Shown here: piece after piece, positions 38,753 to 49,140 of the stretch
Numbering within the stretch: the first letter of the stretch is position 1
Layout of the letters: each line of letters begins with the position of its first letter
Origin: Atribacterota bacterium
Lineage (GTDB): Bacteria; Atribacterota; Phoenicimicrobiia; Phoenicimicrobiales; Stramentimicrobiaceae
Assembly (NCBI GenBank): GCA_040767965.1
Contig: JAXGNR010000004.1
Span: forward strand, 352,001 to 416,000
DNA: 64,000 bases
Direction of reading: 5' to 3'
Program-made: the position numbers and the translations under genes
The notes under the pieces: model-generated
The model's input: the letters and a program-made list of their open reading frames with translations, nothing else
The model's database searches: none
What the model was told of the DNA's origin: nothing

Positions 38753-40369
38753 ATGAATATTGCAATTATCGGAACCGGCTATGTCGGTTTAGTAACAGGT
38801 ACCTGCTTAACCAATTTTGGATTATCTGTCACCTGTGTTGATAAAGACAAGAAAAAAATAGATTTATTAAAAAAAGGGGAAATGCCCATTTATGAGCCTG
38901 GTCTAAAAGAGCTAATCTTTAAAAATGTAAAAGAAAACCGCTTAAAATTTACCACTGACTTGAAAAAAGCGGTTGAAGAATCCCAGGTAATTTATATTGC
39001 AGTTGGTACTCCTCAAAGACATGATGGTTCAGCAAACTTGCAACAAGTCGAACGGGTAGCTAAAGATATCGGCAAGTATATTAATGGGTATAAAGTCATT
39101 GTAAATAAATGCACTGTACCAGTAGGAACCGCCCGAAAAATCAAACAAATAATAAGTGATAATTATAAGAATCCTTATATTTCTAGTCATTGCGAGCCTC
39201 CTTCTTCTGGTCATTGCGAGGAGCGAAGCGACGAAGCAATCCCATCAATTCAGCTCAAGTTGGTATTTCAAAAAAAGATAAGGATTCTCCCAGTCATTTC
39301 GATGATCTTTCTTCCGATTTTCATTACGAGAGTACACCATCAGAAGCAATCTGAGTTTACCTCTTCGTCATTGCGAGCGACCAAAGGGAGTGCGGAAATC
39401 TCCTCCTCTTCTTCTTACCCTTCTCCCTTGAGAGAAGATTCTCCTCATATTCCCTCTCCCTTGAGGGGAGAGGGCAGGGTGAGGGTGAAATATTCCTTCG
39501 ACATAATCTCAAATCCCGAATTCCTCCGTGAAGGTTCAGCTGTATACGACTTCACCCATCCAGATAAAATTGTAATCGGTTACGAATCAGAAAAAGCCAA
39601 AATGATAATGCAGGAAATATACCGTCCTTTGTATCTCCTGGACACACCTTTTATCTTTACAACCCTAGAAACAGCAGAGATGATAAAATATGCCTGCAAT
39701 GCTTTTCTGGCAACCAAAATTACCTTTATCAATGAAATAGCCAACTTATGTGATAGGGTAGGAGCAGATGTACATCAGATTGCTAAAGCTATGGGCATGG
39801 ATGGGCGTATCAGTCCAAAGTTTTTACATCCCGGTCCCGGGTATGGCGGATCATGTTTTCCAAAAGATACCAGGGCTTTACAAGTAATTGCAAATGATTA
39901 TAATTATGATTTTAAACTAATCAAAGCGGTAATAGAGGTTAATTGCAGACAAAGAAAAATTGTTGTTGAGAAAATTGAAAAATCACTCTGTACTCTAAGT
40001 GGAAAAACAATAGGTATTTTAGGACTGGCATTTAAACAAAATACTGACGATATCAGGGAATCAGCTGCTATTGATATCATAAAGATGCTATTGCAAAAAG
40101 GAGCCATAATTCGCTGCTTTGATCCTTTGGCAACAGAAAATACCCAAAAGATATTGCCAGAGCTAACCTATTGTCAGGACGAATATGAAGTAGCTAAAAA
40201 TGCTGATGCTTTAGTTGTTTTAACCGAATGGAATCAATTTCGAAACCTGGATTTGAGCAAAATAAAAAATTCAATGAAGAATAATTTTTTATTTGATATA
40301 AAAAATCTTTACGAACCTTCTAAGGTAAAAGAATTAGAGTTTAAATATTTAGGCATGGGAAGAAACTAG
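38753..40369 (+). CDS. ugd: UDP-glucose 6-dehydrogenase with an in-frame repeat-derived insertion
   Basis: GTGYVG, IAVGTP, KCTVPVGT, SNPEFLREG, GGSCFPKD, AFKQNTDDIRES. 538 aa, about 100 aa longer than typical. Confidence 0.93.
   Translation: MNIAIIGTGYVGLVTGTCLTNFGLSVTCVDKDKKKIDLLKKGEMPIYEPGLKELIFKNVKENRLKFTTDLKKAVEESQVIYIAVGTPQRHDGSANLQQVERVAKDIGKYINGYKVIVNKCTVPVGTARKIKQIISDNYKNPYISSHCEPPSSGHCEERSDEAIPSIQLKLVFQKKIRILPVISMIFLPIFITRVHHQKQSEFTSSSLRATKGSAEISSSSSYPSPLREDSPHIPSPLRGEGRVRVKYSFDIISNPEFLREGSAVYDFTHPDKIVIGYESEKAKMIMQEIYRPLYLLDTPFIFTTLETAEMIKYACNAFLATKITFINEIANLCDRVGADVHQIAKAMGMDGRISPKFLHPGPGYGGSCFPKDTRALQVIANDYNYDFKLIKAVIEVNCRQRKIVVEKIEKSLCTLSGKTIGILGLAFKQNTDDIRESAAIDIIKMLLQKGAIIRCFDPLATENTQKILPELTYCQDEYEVAKNADALVVLTEWNQFRNLDLSKIKNSMKNNFLFDIKNLYEPSKVKELEFKYLGMGRN
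39186..39487 (+). repeat. Cluster of short palindromic repeat elements (5 GTCATTGCGAG-type, 2 CCCTCTCCCTTGAG-type) inside ugd
   Basis: Family 1 copies at 39186, 39210 (GTCATTGCGAGGAGCGAAGCGACGAAGCAATC), 39293, 39320, 39367. Family 2 copies at 39418 and 39452 (CCCTCTCCC-TTGAG-GGGAGAGGG hairpin). Confidence 0.85.
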
Positions 40370-40503
40370 ATTTTTTACTAACTCTTAATTTTTATGATAA
40401 TTGTGAATATGTCTTAAAATTAACTATAAATTTGAAAAGATCGATAAACCAATAAGTATAATTAGAAAATGAAAAAAATATTTAATTTTTCGAAAGATGA
40501 TTC

Positions 40504-42312
40504 ATGATACAAGAAAAATCTTTTCTAATAAAATTATATGAAATTTTTACTCCTCGGGAGCGTATGCAGGCAGTTTTAATCTTTATTGCCAGCATAATCA
40601 CAGCCTTTGCCCAGGCTTTTGGAGTAGTCAGTATTTTTCCATTTATCAATGTAGTAATGAACCCTGATATTGTCCATAAAAACAAATGGCTTTTCCTCAT
40701 ATACAATAAATTTCATTTCTCAGAGGTTAACTCTTTTATTTTATTTTTGGGAATAGCAGTTTTCTTAACAGTCATATTATCAAGTATTATTTCAGCTATA
40801 ACCACCTGGGGAAAGACAAGGTTTACCCTTGGCAAAAACCATTCCTTATCGAAAAGACTGTTAACTGCCTATCTGTCTCAGCCATATGAGTATTTCCTGC
40901 AAAAAAATAGTAATGAATTAGGTAAAAATGTATTATCTGAAATTAATCAGCTTACCGGCCAGCTCTTAATATCCCTGTTTGATATTATAATTAATGGACT
41001 AATGGTATTAGTAATACTTGGTATGTTATTCATGGCCAATGTGTCTGTTACTATAGGCGCTATTATTTTATTAGGTGGTAGTTATGGAATAATAAATTAT
41101 TTTGTAAAGAATAAGTTGCTTAAAACTGGCCAGGAAAGATTAGAAGCAAACAAGGGAAGATTCAGGATGGCAAATGAAGCCTTGTCTAGTATTAAAACCA
41201 TTAAAATTATGGGCATAGAATCATTTTTTCTCAATAATTATAGCTATTTTTCCTGGAAATTTGCACGTCATAATGTTTTTGCTCACGTAATTGGGGAGAT
41301 TCCCAGGTATCTTCTGGAGGCAGTTACTTTCGGAGGAATTATCTTCTTTGTAATTTTTATGATTGACAGAGGAGAGAGAGTAATAGATTTTGTCCCATTG
41401 CTCAGTCTTTATGCTTTTGCCGCATATCGAACATTGCCAGCACTTAACCGTTTATTTGGCGCCATGACCAGGGTTTATTATAATACAGCAGTTGTAGATA
41501 AAATCTATGAGGACATGATTGAAGTCGGGCTTCGACAACAATCTGATCCGCAATCAACTAACAAAGAAACTGAATTGATATTTAAAAAAGAAATCAGATT
41601 AGAAAATGTAAAATTTTCTTATACAGAATCATCATATGATGTTATTAATGGCATTAATCTGACTATTACCAAAAATCATATCATTGGGCTTGTCGGGGCG
41701 ACTGGATGTGGAAAGACAACATTAGTGGATATTATTCTTGGTTTGCTAACACCTCAATCAGGCCAGATTTTTATAGATAAAACACTAATTTCAGATAAAA
41801 ATATCAAAGCATGGCAAAGGAAAATTGGCTATGTTCCCCAGGAGATTTATTTAAGTGATGATTCTGTCAAAAAAAATATTGCATTTGGCCTGGAAGAAAA
41901 AGATATTAATATGAAACAAGTACAGCAAGTTGCCAGGATTGCAGCCCTGGCAGAATTTGTTGAAAATGAGCTACCCAAAAAATACAATACAATTATAGGG
42001 GAACGTGGTCTTCGCCTCAGCGGTGGCCAGCGTCAAAGAATTGGATTAGCCCGTGCTCTATATAGAAACCCTGAAGTATTAGTATTGGATGAAGCCACTA
42101 GTTCCCTGGATGGAGTCACAGAAGAGATTGTCTTAAAGGCGATTCAAAGTGCTGCTAAATCTAGAACAGTAATAATGATTGCACATCGCTTAAATACCCT
42201 GGAAGATTGTGACCGGATTTATATTTTGGAAAATGGACAGGTTACAGGGCAAGGGACTTATCTGGAATTACTTGATAAGAATCAGCAATTTAGAGATATG
42301 GCAAAACTTTAA
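40504..42312 (+). CDS. ABC exporter, PglK/MsbA-like glycolipid flippase
   Basis: TM domain fused to NBD (GATGCGKTT, GYVPQ, LSGGQRQR, LDEATS); inside glycan locus. Confidence 0.85.
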   Translation: MIQEKSFLIKLYEIFTPRERMQAVLIFIASIITAFAQAFGVVSIFPFINVVMNPDIVHKNKWLFLIYNKFHFSEVNSFILFLGIAVFLTVILSSIISAITTWGKTRFTLGKNHSLSKRLLTAYLSQPYEYFLQKNSNELGKNVLSEINQLTGQLLISLFDIIINGLMVLVILGMLFMANVSVTIGAIILLGGSYGIINYFVKNKLLKTGQERLEANKGRFRMANEALSSIKTIKIMGIESFFLNNYSYFSWKFARHNVFAHVIGEIPRYLLEAVTFGGIIFFVIFMIDRGERVIDFVPLLSLYAFAAYRTLPALNRLFGAMTRVYYNTAVVDKIYEDMIEVGLRQQSDPQSTNKETELIFKKEIRLENVKFSYTESSYDVINGINLTITKNHIIGLVGATGCGKTTLVDIILGLLTPQSGQIFIDKTLISDKNIKAWQRKIGYVPQEIYLSDDSVKKNIAFGLEEKDINMKQVQQVARIAALAEFVENELPKKYNTIIGERGLRLSGGQRQRIGLARALYRNPEVLVLDEATSSLDGVTEEIVLKAIQSAAKSRTVIMIAHRLNTLEDCDRIYILENGQVTGQGTYLELLDKNQQFRDMAKL

Positions 42313-42371
42313 ATAATATTTTTAAATAAAACAAAAATATTTCCTGAACAACAAAAAGGTTCAATAATTTT

Positions 42372-43862
42372 ATGTTTCAAATAATCGTAGATGGTCTTTA
42401 TCAATTGGCTTCAATCAAGGTTATAGCCGCAATGCTGCTGGGGTCATTTGTCGGGTTAGTTTTTGGATTTTTACCTGGTCTGGGCGGAACAATCGGGATT
42501 GCTATATTTATTCCTTTTTTATTTGGCATGCCTTTCAATTTAAGTTTGGCTTTTTTGTTGAGCTTAAGGGCTTCGGTAATGTTTGGTGGTTCAATTAGTG
42601 CAATTCTTTTTAATGTACCGGGAACTAGCCAGAATATTGCTACATGTTTTGATGGTTTTCCAATGGCCCAAAAAGGTGAAGCTGCCAAAGCAATTGGAAT
42701 TGCTGGAATTTCATCTATGATAGGTGGCTTATTCGGTGCTTTTATGCTTGCAATATTGCTTCCTGTAATAAGGCCGCTAATTATAAGATTTGGGCCTCCG
42801 GAATTTTTTATGTTGACTGTCTTTGGTTTATCTATGATTGTATTATTGACTGAAGGCAGTATTATTAAAGGTTTGATCTCTGCCTGTCTTGGCTTAATGG
42901 TTTCTTTTGTTGGACTGGATTATATTACCGGTTCTGCTAGGTTTACTTTCGGGCAATTAATTTTGTGGGATGGCATAAACTTTATTCCAGTTACTATTGG
43001 TTTATTTGCAATTACAGAGATGATTGAGATGTATATAAGCGGAGGTTCAATTGCAAAACAGATAAGTGATAATAAACAGAAAACAGCTTTGGATGGTATC
43101 TATGCAGCTTTCTCAAAAATTGGTCTTTTGCTAAGAGGAAGTATTATTGGTGTTCTGATAGGTATGATTCCAGGGATAGGTGGTTCAGTAGCAAATATTT
43201 TGGCTTATGGGCATGCAATGCAAACTTCAAAAGAGCCTGATACATTCGGTAGTGGTAATCCGGAAGGAATTATCTGCCCTGAGGCAGCAAATAATGCCAA
43301 GGAGGGTGGTGCATTAATACCTACACTAGCTTTTGGAATACCGGGGAGCGAAGGGATGGCGATTCTTCTGGGAGTATTAATAATGATAGGGTTAGTACCA
43401 GGACCGGAAATGCTGTCTAAACACCTTGATATTGTTTTTATGATTGTTTTTGTACTGGTTATCGGAAATATATTTGCAACAAGTATTGGCTTGTTATTTG
43501 CCAACAAGTTTCAGAGAATAACAATAATTAAAGCCAAACAGCTTATACCGGTAATTTTAATAATATGTTTGATCGGCTCATATGTCATAAACAGGCATTT
43601 TTCTGATATTATTATAACTATTTTTTTTGCTATTATCGGTTATTTTATGAAAAAGCTTCAGTATTCCAGAGCAGCCTTTATTACTGCATTAGTGCTTGGG
43701 ATAATGTTTGAGAGGTATTACCATATCTCAGTCAGGTTATATGGCTATTTATTCATTTTTATCAGACAAATTTCTCTAATAATATTTTTACTAACGATTA
43801 TAAGTCTTGTAATTCCATTTGTTAGAATGAAAAGAAGTAAAGAAAATGAGGTCAACATTTAG
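42372..43862 (+). CDS. tctA: Tripartite tricarboxylate transporter large permease
   Basis: GFLPGLGG, GGSISAILFNVPG, DGFPMA, EAANNA, PTLAFGIPG. Confidence 0.93.
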   Translation: MFQIIVDGLYQLASIKVIAAMLLGSFVGLVFGFLPGLGGTIGIAIFIPFLFGMPFNLSLAFLLSLRASVMFGGSISAILFNVPGTSQNIATCFDGFPMAQKGEAAKAIGIAGISSMIGGLFGAFMLAILLPVIRPLIIRFGPPEFFMLTVFGLSMIVLLTEGSIIKGLISACLGLMVSFVGLDYITGSARFTFGQLILWDGINFIPVTIGLFAITEMIEMYISGGSIAKQISDNKQKTALDGIYAAFSKIGLLLRGSIIGVLIGMIPGIGGSVANILAYGHAMQTSKEPDTFGSGNPEGIICPEAANNAKEGGALIPTLAFGIPGSEGMAILLGVLIMIGLVPGPEMLSKHLDIVFMIVFVLVIGNIFATSIGLLFANKFQRITIIKAKQLIPVILIICLIGSYVINRHFSDIIITIFFAIIGYFMKKLQYSRAAFITALVLGIMFERYYHISVRLYGYLFIFIRQISLIIFLLTIISLVIPFVRMKRSKENEVNI

Positions 43863-44371
43863 TGAAAAGACTAAGAATTTCTGTTATTTTCATAATAATG
43901 ATTTTGTTTATTGCTATCGGTTTTATTTTAATAGGGAAAAATTTGCCGGAAAGATCAAAATTAATTCCTAATATGATTAGCTCAATACTAATTTTATTAA
44001 CTGCTATTCAGATTTTTCTAGAAGTTAATCCAAAATATAAAGAACAAGAATTTGGAAAATTCAAACTATTTGTTAATTTTTCTAAAATACAAAAAAAGAA
44101 AATATCCTATAACAAAAATGAGGAAAAAGATGGCCATGAAAACAAAAAGTTTTTCCAAATATTAATGTGGATTCTATTTCTCGTTGTGGGGATATATTTT
44201 TTAGGTTTTTTGATGATATTACCAGTATTTTTCTTTTTATTTTATTATATTGAGTGTCATTACAAATGGAATAATGCATTGATTGTGACCTTTATTTTTT
44301 TAGCTATTATTTATTTAGTTTTTGAGAAATTTTTAGGAATAGATCTGTATAAAGGGATTGTGTTTTTGTAA
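43862..44371 (+). CDS. tctB: Tripartite tricarboxylate transporter small permease
   Basis: Four to five TM segments; C-terminal F..FL.I.L..G; lies between tctA and tctC. Confidence 0.8.
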   Translation: MKRLRISVIFIIMILFIAIGFILIGKNLPERSKLIPNMISSILILLTAIQIFLEVNPKYKEQEFGKFKLFVNFSKIQKKKISYNKNEEKDGHENKKFFQILMWILFLVVGIYFLGFLMILPVFFFLFYYIECHYKWNNALIVTFIFLAIIYLVFEKFLGIDLYKGIVFL

Positions 44372-44436
44372 AATATTTAAAAAACTAAATTTAAAACATT
44401 TTCTTTAATATATTTCAAATTTAAAAGGGGAAAAAA

Positions 44437-45469
44437 GTGGGAAGAAATTTGTCAATATTTTTAATAATATTTATTATATTTATTATAACAACCGGTTCAG
44501 TATTTTCGTCAAATAAACCTTTTTATGAAGGAAAAACAATAAAAATCATTGTTCCGCATGGAGCCGGAGGAGGATTTGATACATATGCTCGAATGATTCA
44601 ACCGTACCTTGAAAAATATCTTCCGGGAAGCAAAGTAATTGTTGAAAACATTCCGGGGGCTGGAGGTGAGATAGGCAGAAACCTGGCTTTCACAGCTAAG
44701 CCTGAAGGTAATACAATTTGTCTTACTGCAGGTAATGATATGGTATTTAATACAATTGCAGAATCAGAAAGTGTAAAATATAAAATAAATGAATGGATAT
44801 ATTTAGCAAGGATAAATATGGAGCCTTCGATATTAACTGTATCTTCCCATTCATCTTTGGAATCATTTGAAGATATTGTTAAATCTGATAATATATTTTA
44901 TTTTTCATGTTCCGGAGTTGGGGATGCAGATTACTTTGCCCTAGGGGTTACTGCTCCCGTATTTGATTTTAAAATCCTGCCTGTGACAGGTTATGCTGGT
45001 TCCAAAGAAGCCTCTATGGCAGTAGTTCGAGGAGAAGTTGAACTATGGCAGCCCTCTTTAGGAACTGCTTTGCCCTTAATTAATAATGGAGATGTCAAGG
45101 CAATGGTTTTGTATAGCATGGAGAGGAAGCACGTTCTTCCCGAAATTCCTACTTTGATGGAAATAGCCAAAAATAATAAATTCCGATTAACCGAAATAGA
45201 CAAGAAGATTATTAAAGCTTTGATAAATGTTAATGAAGTAAGAAGGGTAATAATTGCACCGCCAAATGGACGAAGAAAAGACTATAATTTTAAGAGAAGC
45301 TCTCAAAAAAGCATTGAATGATTTTGAGTTAATAGAATTTTCTGAAAAAATAAATCGGCCTATAGTTTATCTGGAAGGTGGTAAAGTCGCAGAGCTTATA
45401 AGTGAAACAATGGGAATAAAAGATATAATTAAACCAATTCTTGTAGAAACATTAAAATTAGCTAATTGA
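44437..45469 (+). pseudogene. tctC: Tripartite tricarboxylate transporter substrate-binding protein, one frameshift near 45265
   Basis: FYEGKTIKIIVPHGAGGGFDTYAR, VENIPGAGG, EIPT. After IIAPP the C-terminus (MDEEKTIILREALKKALND...) continues in the -1 frame (ORF 45254..45469). Confidence 0.85.
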
Positions 45470-45539
45470 TATTAATAATCTGCTAATAAATACTGAAGAA
45501 AAGTTAAAATTCTTATTTTAATTAAAACAATTGAGGCAA

Positions 45540-46499
45540 ATGAATAGAATAAAAAAAATAATACTTAAAATTATTAAAAGATATGAATTTTCATATATTT
45601 TTTTCAAAAATCTAAAAATATATATCTTATATTATATAAATAAGATAACTAATAACCGATTAGAAAAAAATGCTTTTTATAATAGACTGGGTTATAGTGT
45701 AAATTTAAAGAACCCTAATTCTTTTAATGAAAAGGTTGTTTGGAAAAAAATTCATGATAGAAACCCTTTGCTGCCGATTATTACTGATAAATACCAGGTG
45801 CGCTCTTATATAAAGAACCTCCTTGGTGGAAAAAAAGCACAAGAAATTCTGATACCTTTGCTCTATATAACTGATAAGCCTGAAACGATTCCATTTGACG
45901 AGCTCCCGGCAAAGTATATTATAAAACCAAACAATGCAGCTGGAAGAAGAATTATAGTAGAAGATAGTATCGCTATTGATAAAGAAGATATTATAAAGAC
46001 ATGTAAGAGATGGATGAAAATACCCTATGGGTTAGCTGCGCTGGAATGGTCATATATTCCTGTAAAGAGAAGAATAATTATTGAAAAATTATTAAGAGAT
46101 GATAATGGCAAAACTCCAAAAGAACTGAAATTTTTTATGTTTCATGGTAAGTGTAAAGCTGTTTATTTGATTTTAGATAAGCTTAACACTCCTTTCAGGA
46201 GCTATTATGATGAAAAATGGAATATACTGCCTGTAAGAAAACCAAATCGGCTTCAGGGTAAAAAAATCGAAAAACCAAAAAATTATGAAGAAATGGTTAT
46301 GTTAGCTGAAAAACTTTCGAAGCCCTTTGATTTTCTCAGAGTTGACTTATATAACCTGGATGGGAAGATATGGTTTGGAGAATTAACCAATTACCCTTAT
46401 AGCGGGAAATTAAAATTTATACCAGAATCATTTGATTATGAATTAGGAAAATATTGGAAAATAGAACCTGAATATTGGAAAAATAATAATAAAATTTAA
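45540..46499 (+). CDS. TupA-like ATP-grasp amidoligase (copy 1)
   Basis: NPNSFNEK, DKYQVRSY, IIKPN, EWSY, IIIEKLL, FLRVDLY, FGELTNYP. Confidence 0.9.
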   Translation: MNRIKKIILKIIKRYEFSYIFFKNLKIYILYYINKITNNRLEKNAFYNRLGYSVNLKNPNSFNEKVVWKKIHDRNPLLPIITDKYQVRSYIKNLLGGKKAQEILIPLLYITDKPETIPFDELPAKYIIKPNNAAGRRIIVEDSIAIDKEDIIKTCKRWMKIPYGLAALEWSYIPVKRRIIIEKLLRDDNGKTPKELKFFMFHGKCKAVYLILDKLNTPFRSYYDEKWNILPVRKPNRLQGKKIEKPKNYEEMVMLAEKLSKPFDFLRVDLYNLDGKIWFGELTNYPYSGKLKFIPESFDYELGKYWKIEPEYWKNNNKI

Positions 46500-46570
46500 T
46501 AAAAAGAATTGTTTTTTAAAAAGGTAATACATAAAAAATTCTATTAAATTTGTTCTTTGACAATGAAAAT

Positions 46571-46760
46571 CTATTGATTCAGTATCACCCTTAATAGTAT
46601 AGCAGGGTTCTCATTACGGTGGTTAAACCTCCTTTATACTTCTTTTAAGTAGAGAGTAAAATAGATACTTGAGATACAGTGGTAATCATACTGCCAGTGT
46701 TTGACAAATAACCTGAAGTCTTCAATATCATTCAGACTATCTCATCCTTTGGGTATAACT
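46571..46760 (-). mobile_element. Degenerate IS1595-family transposase C-terminal remnant
   Basis: Minus-strand translation KG*DSLNDIEDFRLFVKHWQYDYHCISSIYFTLYLKEV*RRFNHRNEN resembles the IS1595 motif N.IE.FW...K...Y...LYLKE.E.RFN.R, with in-frame stops. Confidence 0.7.
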
Positions 46761-46954
46761 TAAGCAATTATTTTGGATGTATTAAATGTTTTATTAAACT
46801 AACATTATTTACCGGATATGTATAATTATAAGTGCTTCGATAAATACTCTTGTGGCTGATTTTTTACTAAATATATTATATGAAGCTTTTTTACGAAAAT
46901 TTGATGGATATTTTCTTTAAAAGTAAAGTCTTTAAATTTAATAGGGAGTTGTAA

Positions 46955-48190
46955 ATGAAAATACTAACAGTGGTCTGCAATTTAGAAAAGGGTGGTACTC
47001 AAAGGGCTGCTCAAAACTTTTGCGAAGGTTATTATGAGCTTGGAGCAGATAGCAAAATATTAGCTGTTAGTGGTGGTGGGATAAGAGTAAAAGAATTAAG
47101 GGAAAAAAATATAGATATATGGTTAGATTTTAATGAAAATACCTTAAGTGAAATAAAAAGATGGTTTCCAGATGTAATTCATATCCATTCTCATAGAATA
47201 GAAGAAAGTATTATTTATAAAATAAAAGAATTGTTACCAACAGCAAAATTTATAGAAACAAATGTATTTTCGATTCCTTCTAATTACGCGCATATAATAG
47301 ACTATAGTTATCAATTATCAAGTTGGTGTGAATATTTATATGCTTCAAGAGGTGGAAAAATAAGCAAATCTTTAGTATTGCCTAATCCAGTTAAAACAAA
47401 AAATTTTTATAAATCAACTGAAATGGAAATAATTAATTTTAAGCAAAAATATAATATACCAAATAATAATTTTATATTTGGTAGAATTGGCCAACATTTT
47501 TATGGAAAATGGTCTTTATATTTAATTGATCTATTCAAAAGATTTGTCAATAATGTTAATAATAAATGCATTTTATTATTAATTAATCCTCCAAAAGAAA
47601 TCTTTGATCATATTAAAGTTAATAAAATAAAAGAAAAAGTCGTTATAATTAATCAAATTACAAATGATAATGAGTTACGAAATTGCTATTCAGCTATAGA
47701 TGTTTTTCTTCATATAGCTAATAAGGGTGAAAGTTTTGGCATGGTCCTGGCAGAGTCTCTATTATGTAAAACACCGGTTATAAGTTTAAATACCCCTTGG
47801 GGAGATAACTCTCAAAATGAAATTATAGGAAAAGGTGGTAAATGTGTAAATACGATAGATGAGTTTTATAAAGAAATGATATATTTATATAAAAACAAAC
47901 GCTTAAGAGATAATCTAGGGACAAATGGACGTATACAAATAATTAATAATTATGATTATTTAAAGTTATCAAAAAATAGTATAGATATAGTTAATAATAA
48001 TTTTAATAAAAGTAAATTATCAAAAAATAATATTTTTAAATTTTATAAAATAGATGGGCTAAAAGATTTGATTGCATTATTATTAATTTGGATTAAATTT
48101 AATATTAGAATTAGAAATTCTCATAAATATATAAATTACTTATTAAGAAAATTATATAATTTTGAGCTTAAGAAAGGATATTTTATATGA
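46955..48190 (+). CDS. Glycosyltransferase family 4
   Basis: GGTQR N-terminus, [16 protein letters not shown] (E-x7-E). Confidence 0.88.
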   Translation: MKILTVVCNLEKGGTQRAAQNFCEGYYELGADSKILAVSGGGIRVKELREKNIDIWLDFNENTLSEIKRWFPDVIHIHSHRIEESIIYKIKELLPTAKFIETNVFSIPSNYAHIIDYSYQLSSWCEYLYASRGGKISKSLVLPNPVKTKNFYKSTEMEIINFKQKYNIPNNNFIFGRIGQHFYGKWSLYLIDLFKRFVNNVNNKCILLLINPPKEIFDHIKVNKIKEKVVIINQITNDNELRNCYSAIDVFLHIANKGESFGMVLAESLLCKTPVISLNTPWGDNSQNEIIGKGGKCVNTIDEFYKEMIYLYKNKRLRDNLGTNGRIQIINNYDYLKLSKNSIDIVNNNFNKSKLSKNNIFKFYKIDGLKDLIALLLIWIKFNIRIRNSHKYINYLLRKLYNFELKKGYFI

Positions 48191-49140
48191 AAAAACGTAT
48201 TCTGGTAACTGGTGGTGCCGGATTTATAGGTTCTCATCTGTGCAAAAAACTTTTAGATTCCCGGAATGAAGTCTTATGTGTAGACAATTTTTTTACCGGC
48301 CGTAAAGAAAACATTATCCATCTTATAAATAATCCTTATTTTGAATTTCTGCGTCATGATGTTACTTTCCCACTATATGTAGAAGTAGACGGAATTTATA
48401 ACTTAGCCTGTCCTGCAAGTCCGTTTTATTATTCAATTGACCCAGTGCAAACCACTAAAACTTCAGTTATAGGTGCTATCAATATGCTAGGCCTGGCCAA
48501 AAGGCTAAAAATAAAGATATTACAGGCATCCACCAGCGAAGTTTACGGAGACCCGGCAATTCACCCCCAACCAGAAAGTTATCGGGGAAATGTTAATCCC
48601 ATAGGCCCAAGAGCCTGTTATGATGAAGGGAAAAGGTGTGCTGAGACTCTTTTTTTTGACTATCACAGGCAACTTAATATAAAAATAAAAGTAGTCAGAA
48701 TTTTTAATACCTATGGACCTCGAATGAGACCAGACGACGGAAGGGTTATCAGCAATTTCATCATTCAAGCATTGCAAAATAAAGACATTACCATATATGG
48801 AGATGGCAGCCAAACCAGAAGTTTTTGCTATATAGATGACATGATTGAAGGAATTACCAGGATAATGGATAGTCCTGATAAGGTAACAGGGCCTATCAAT
48901 CTGGGAAATTCTGAAGAAATAAGTATTTTAAACCTTGCTGAAAAAATCATTAATCTAACCAATTCAAAATCGAAAATTATTTTTAATAGTTTACCGGAAA
49001 ATGATCCCAAACGCAGATGTCCGGAAATAAGCAAAGCAAAAAATATAATTAGATGGCAGGCAGAAACAAAAATTGATGATGGTTTGAAAGCAACCATTGA
49101 ATACTTTGAAAAATTATTAAAAGAAGGAGCTCATGAATAA
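48187..49140 (+). CDS. uxs: UDP-glucuronate decarboxylase (UDP-xylose synthase)
   Basis: [55 protein letters not shown]. Confidence 0.93.
   Translation: MKKRILVTGGAGFIGSHLCKKLLDSRNEVLCVDNFFTGRKENIIHLINNPYFEFLRHDVTFPLYVEVDGIYNLACPASPFYYSIDPVQTTKTSVIGAINMLGLAKRLKIKILQASTSEVYGDPAIHPQPESYRGNVNPIGPRACYDEGKRCAETLFFDYHRQLNIKIKVVRIFNTYGPRMRPDDGRVISNFIIQALQNKDITIYGDGSQTRSFCYIDDMIEGITRIMDSPDKVTGPINLGNSEEISILNLAEKIINLTNSKSKIIFNSLPENDPKRRCPEISKAKNIIRWQAETKIDDGLKATIEYFEKLLKEGAHE

Noticed and set aside
39170-39490. Intein, self-splicing intron or CRISPR array as the ugd insert
   Set aside because: No intein C-terminal HN-(C/S/T) motif, too short and lacking group I/II features. The repeats are irregular in length and spacing, with no cas genes.
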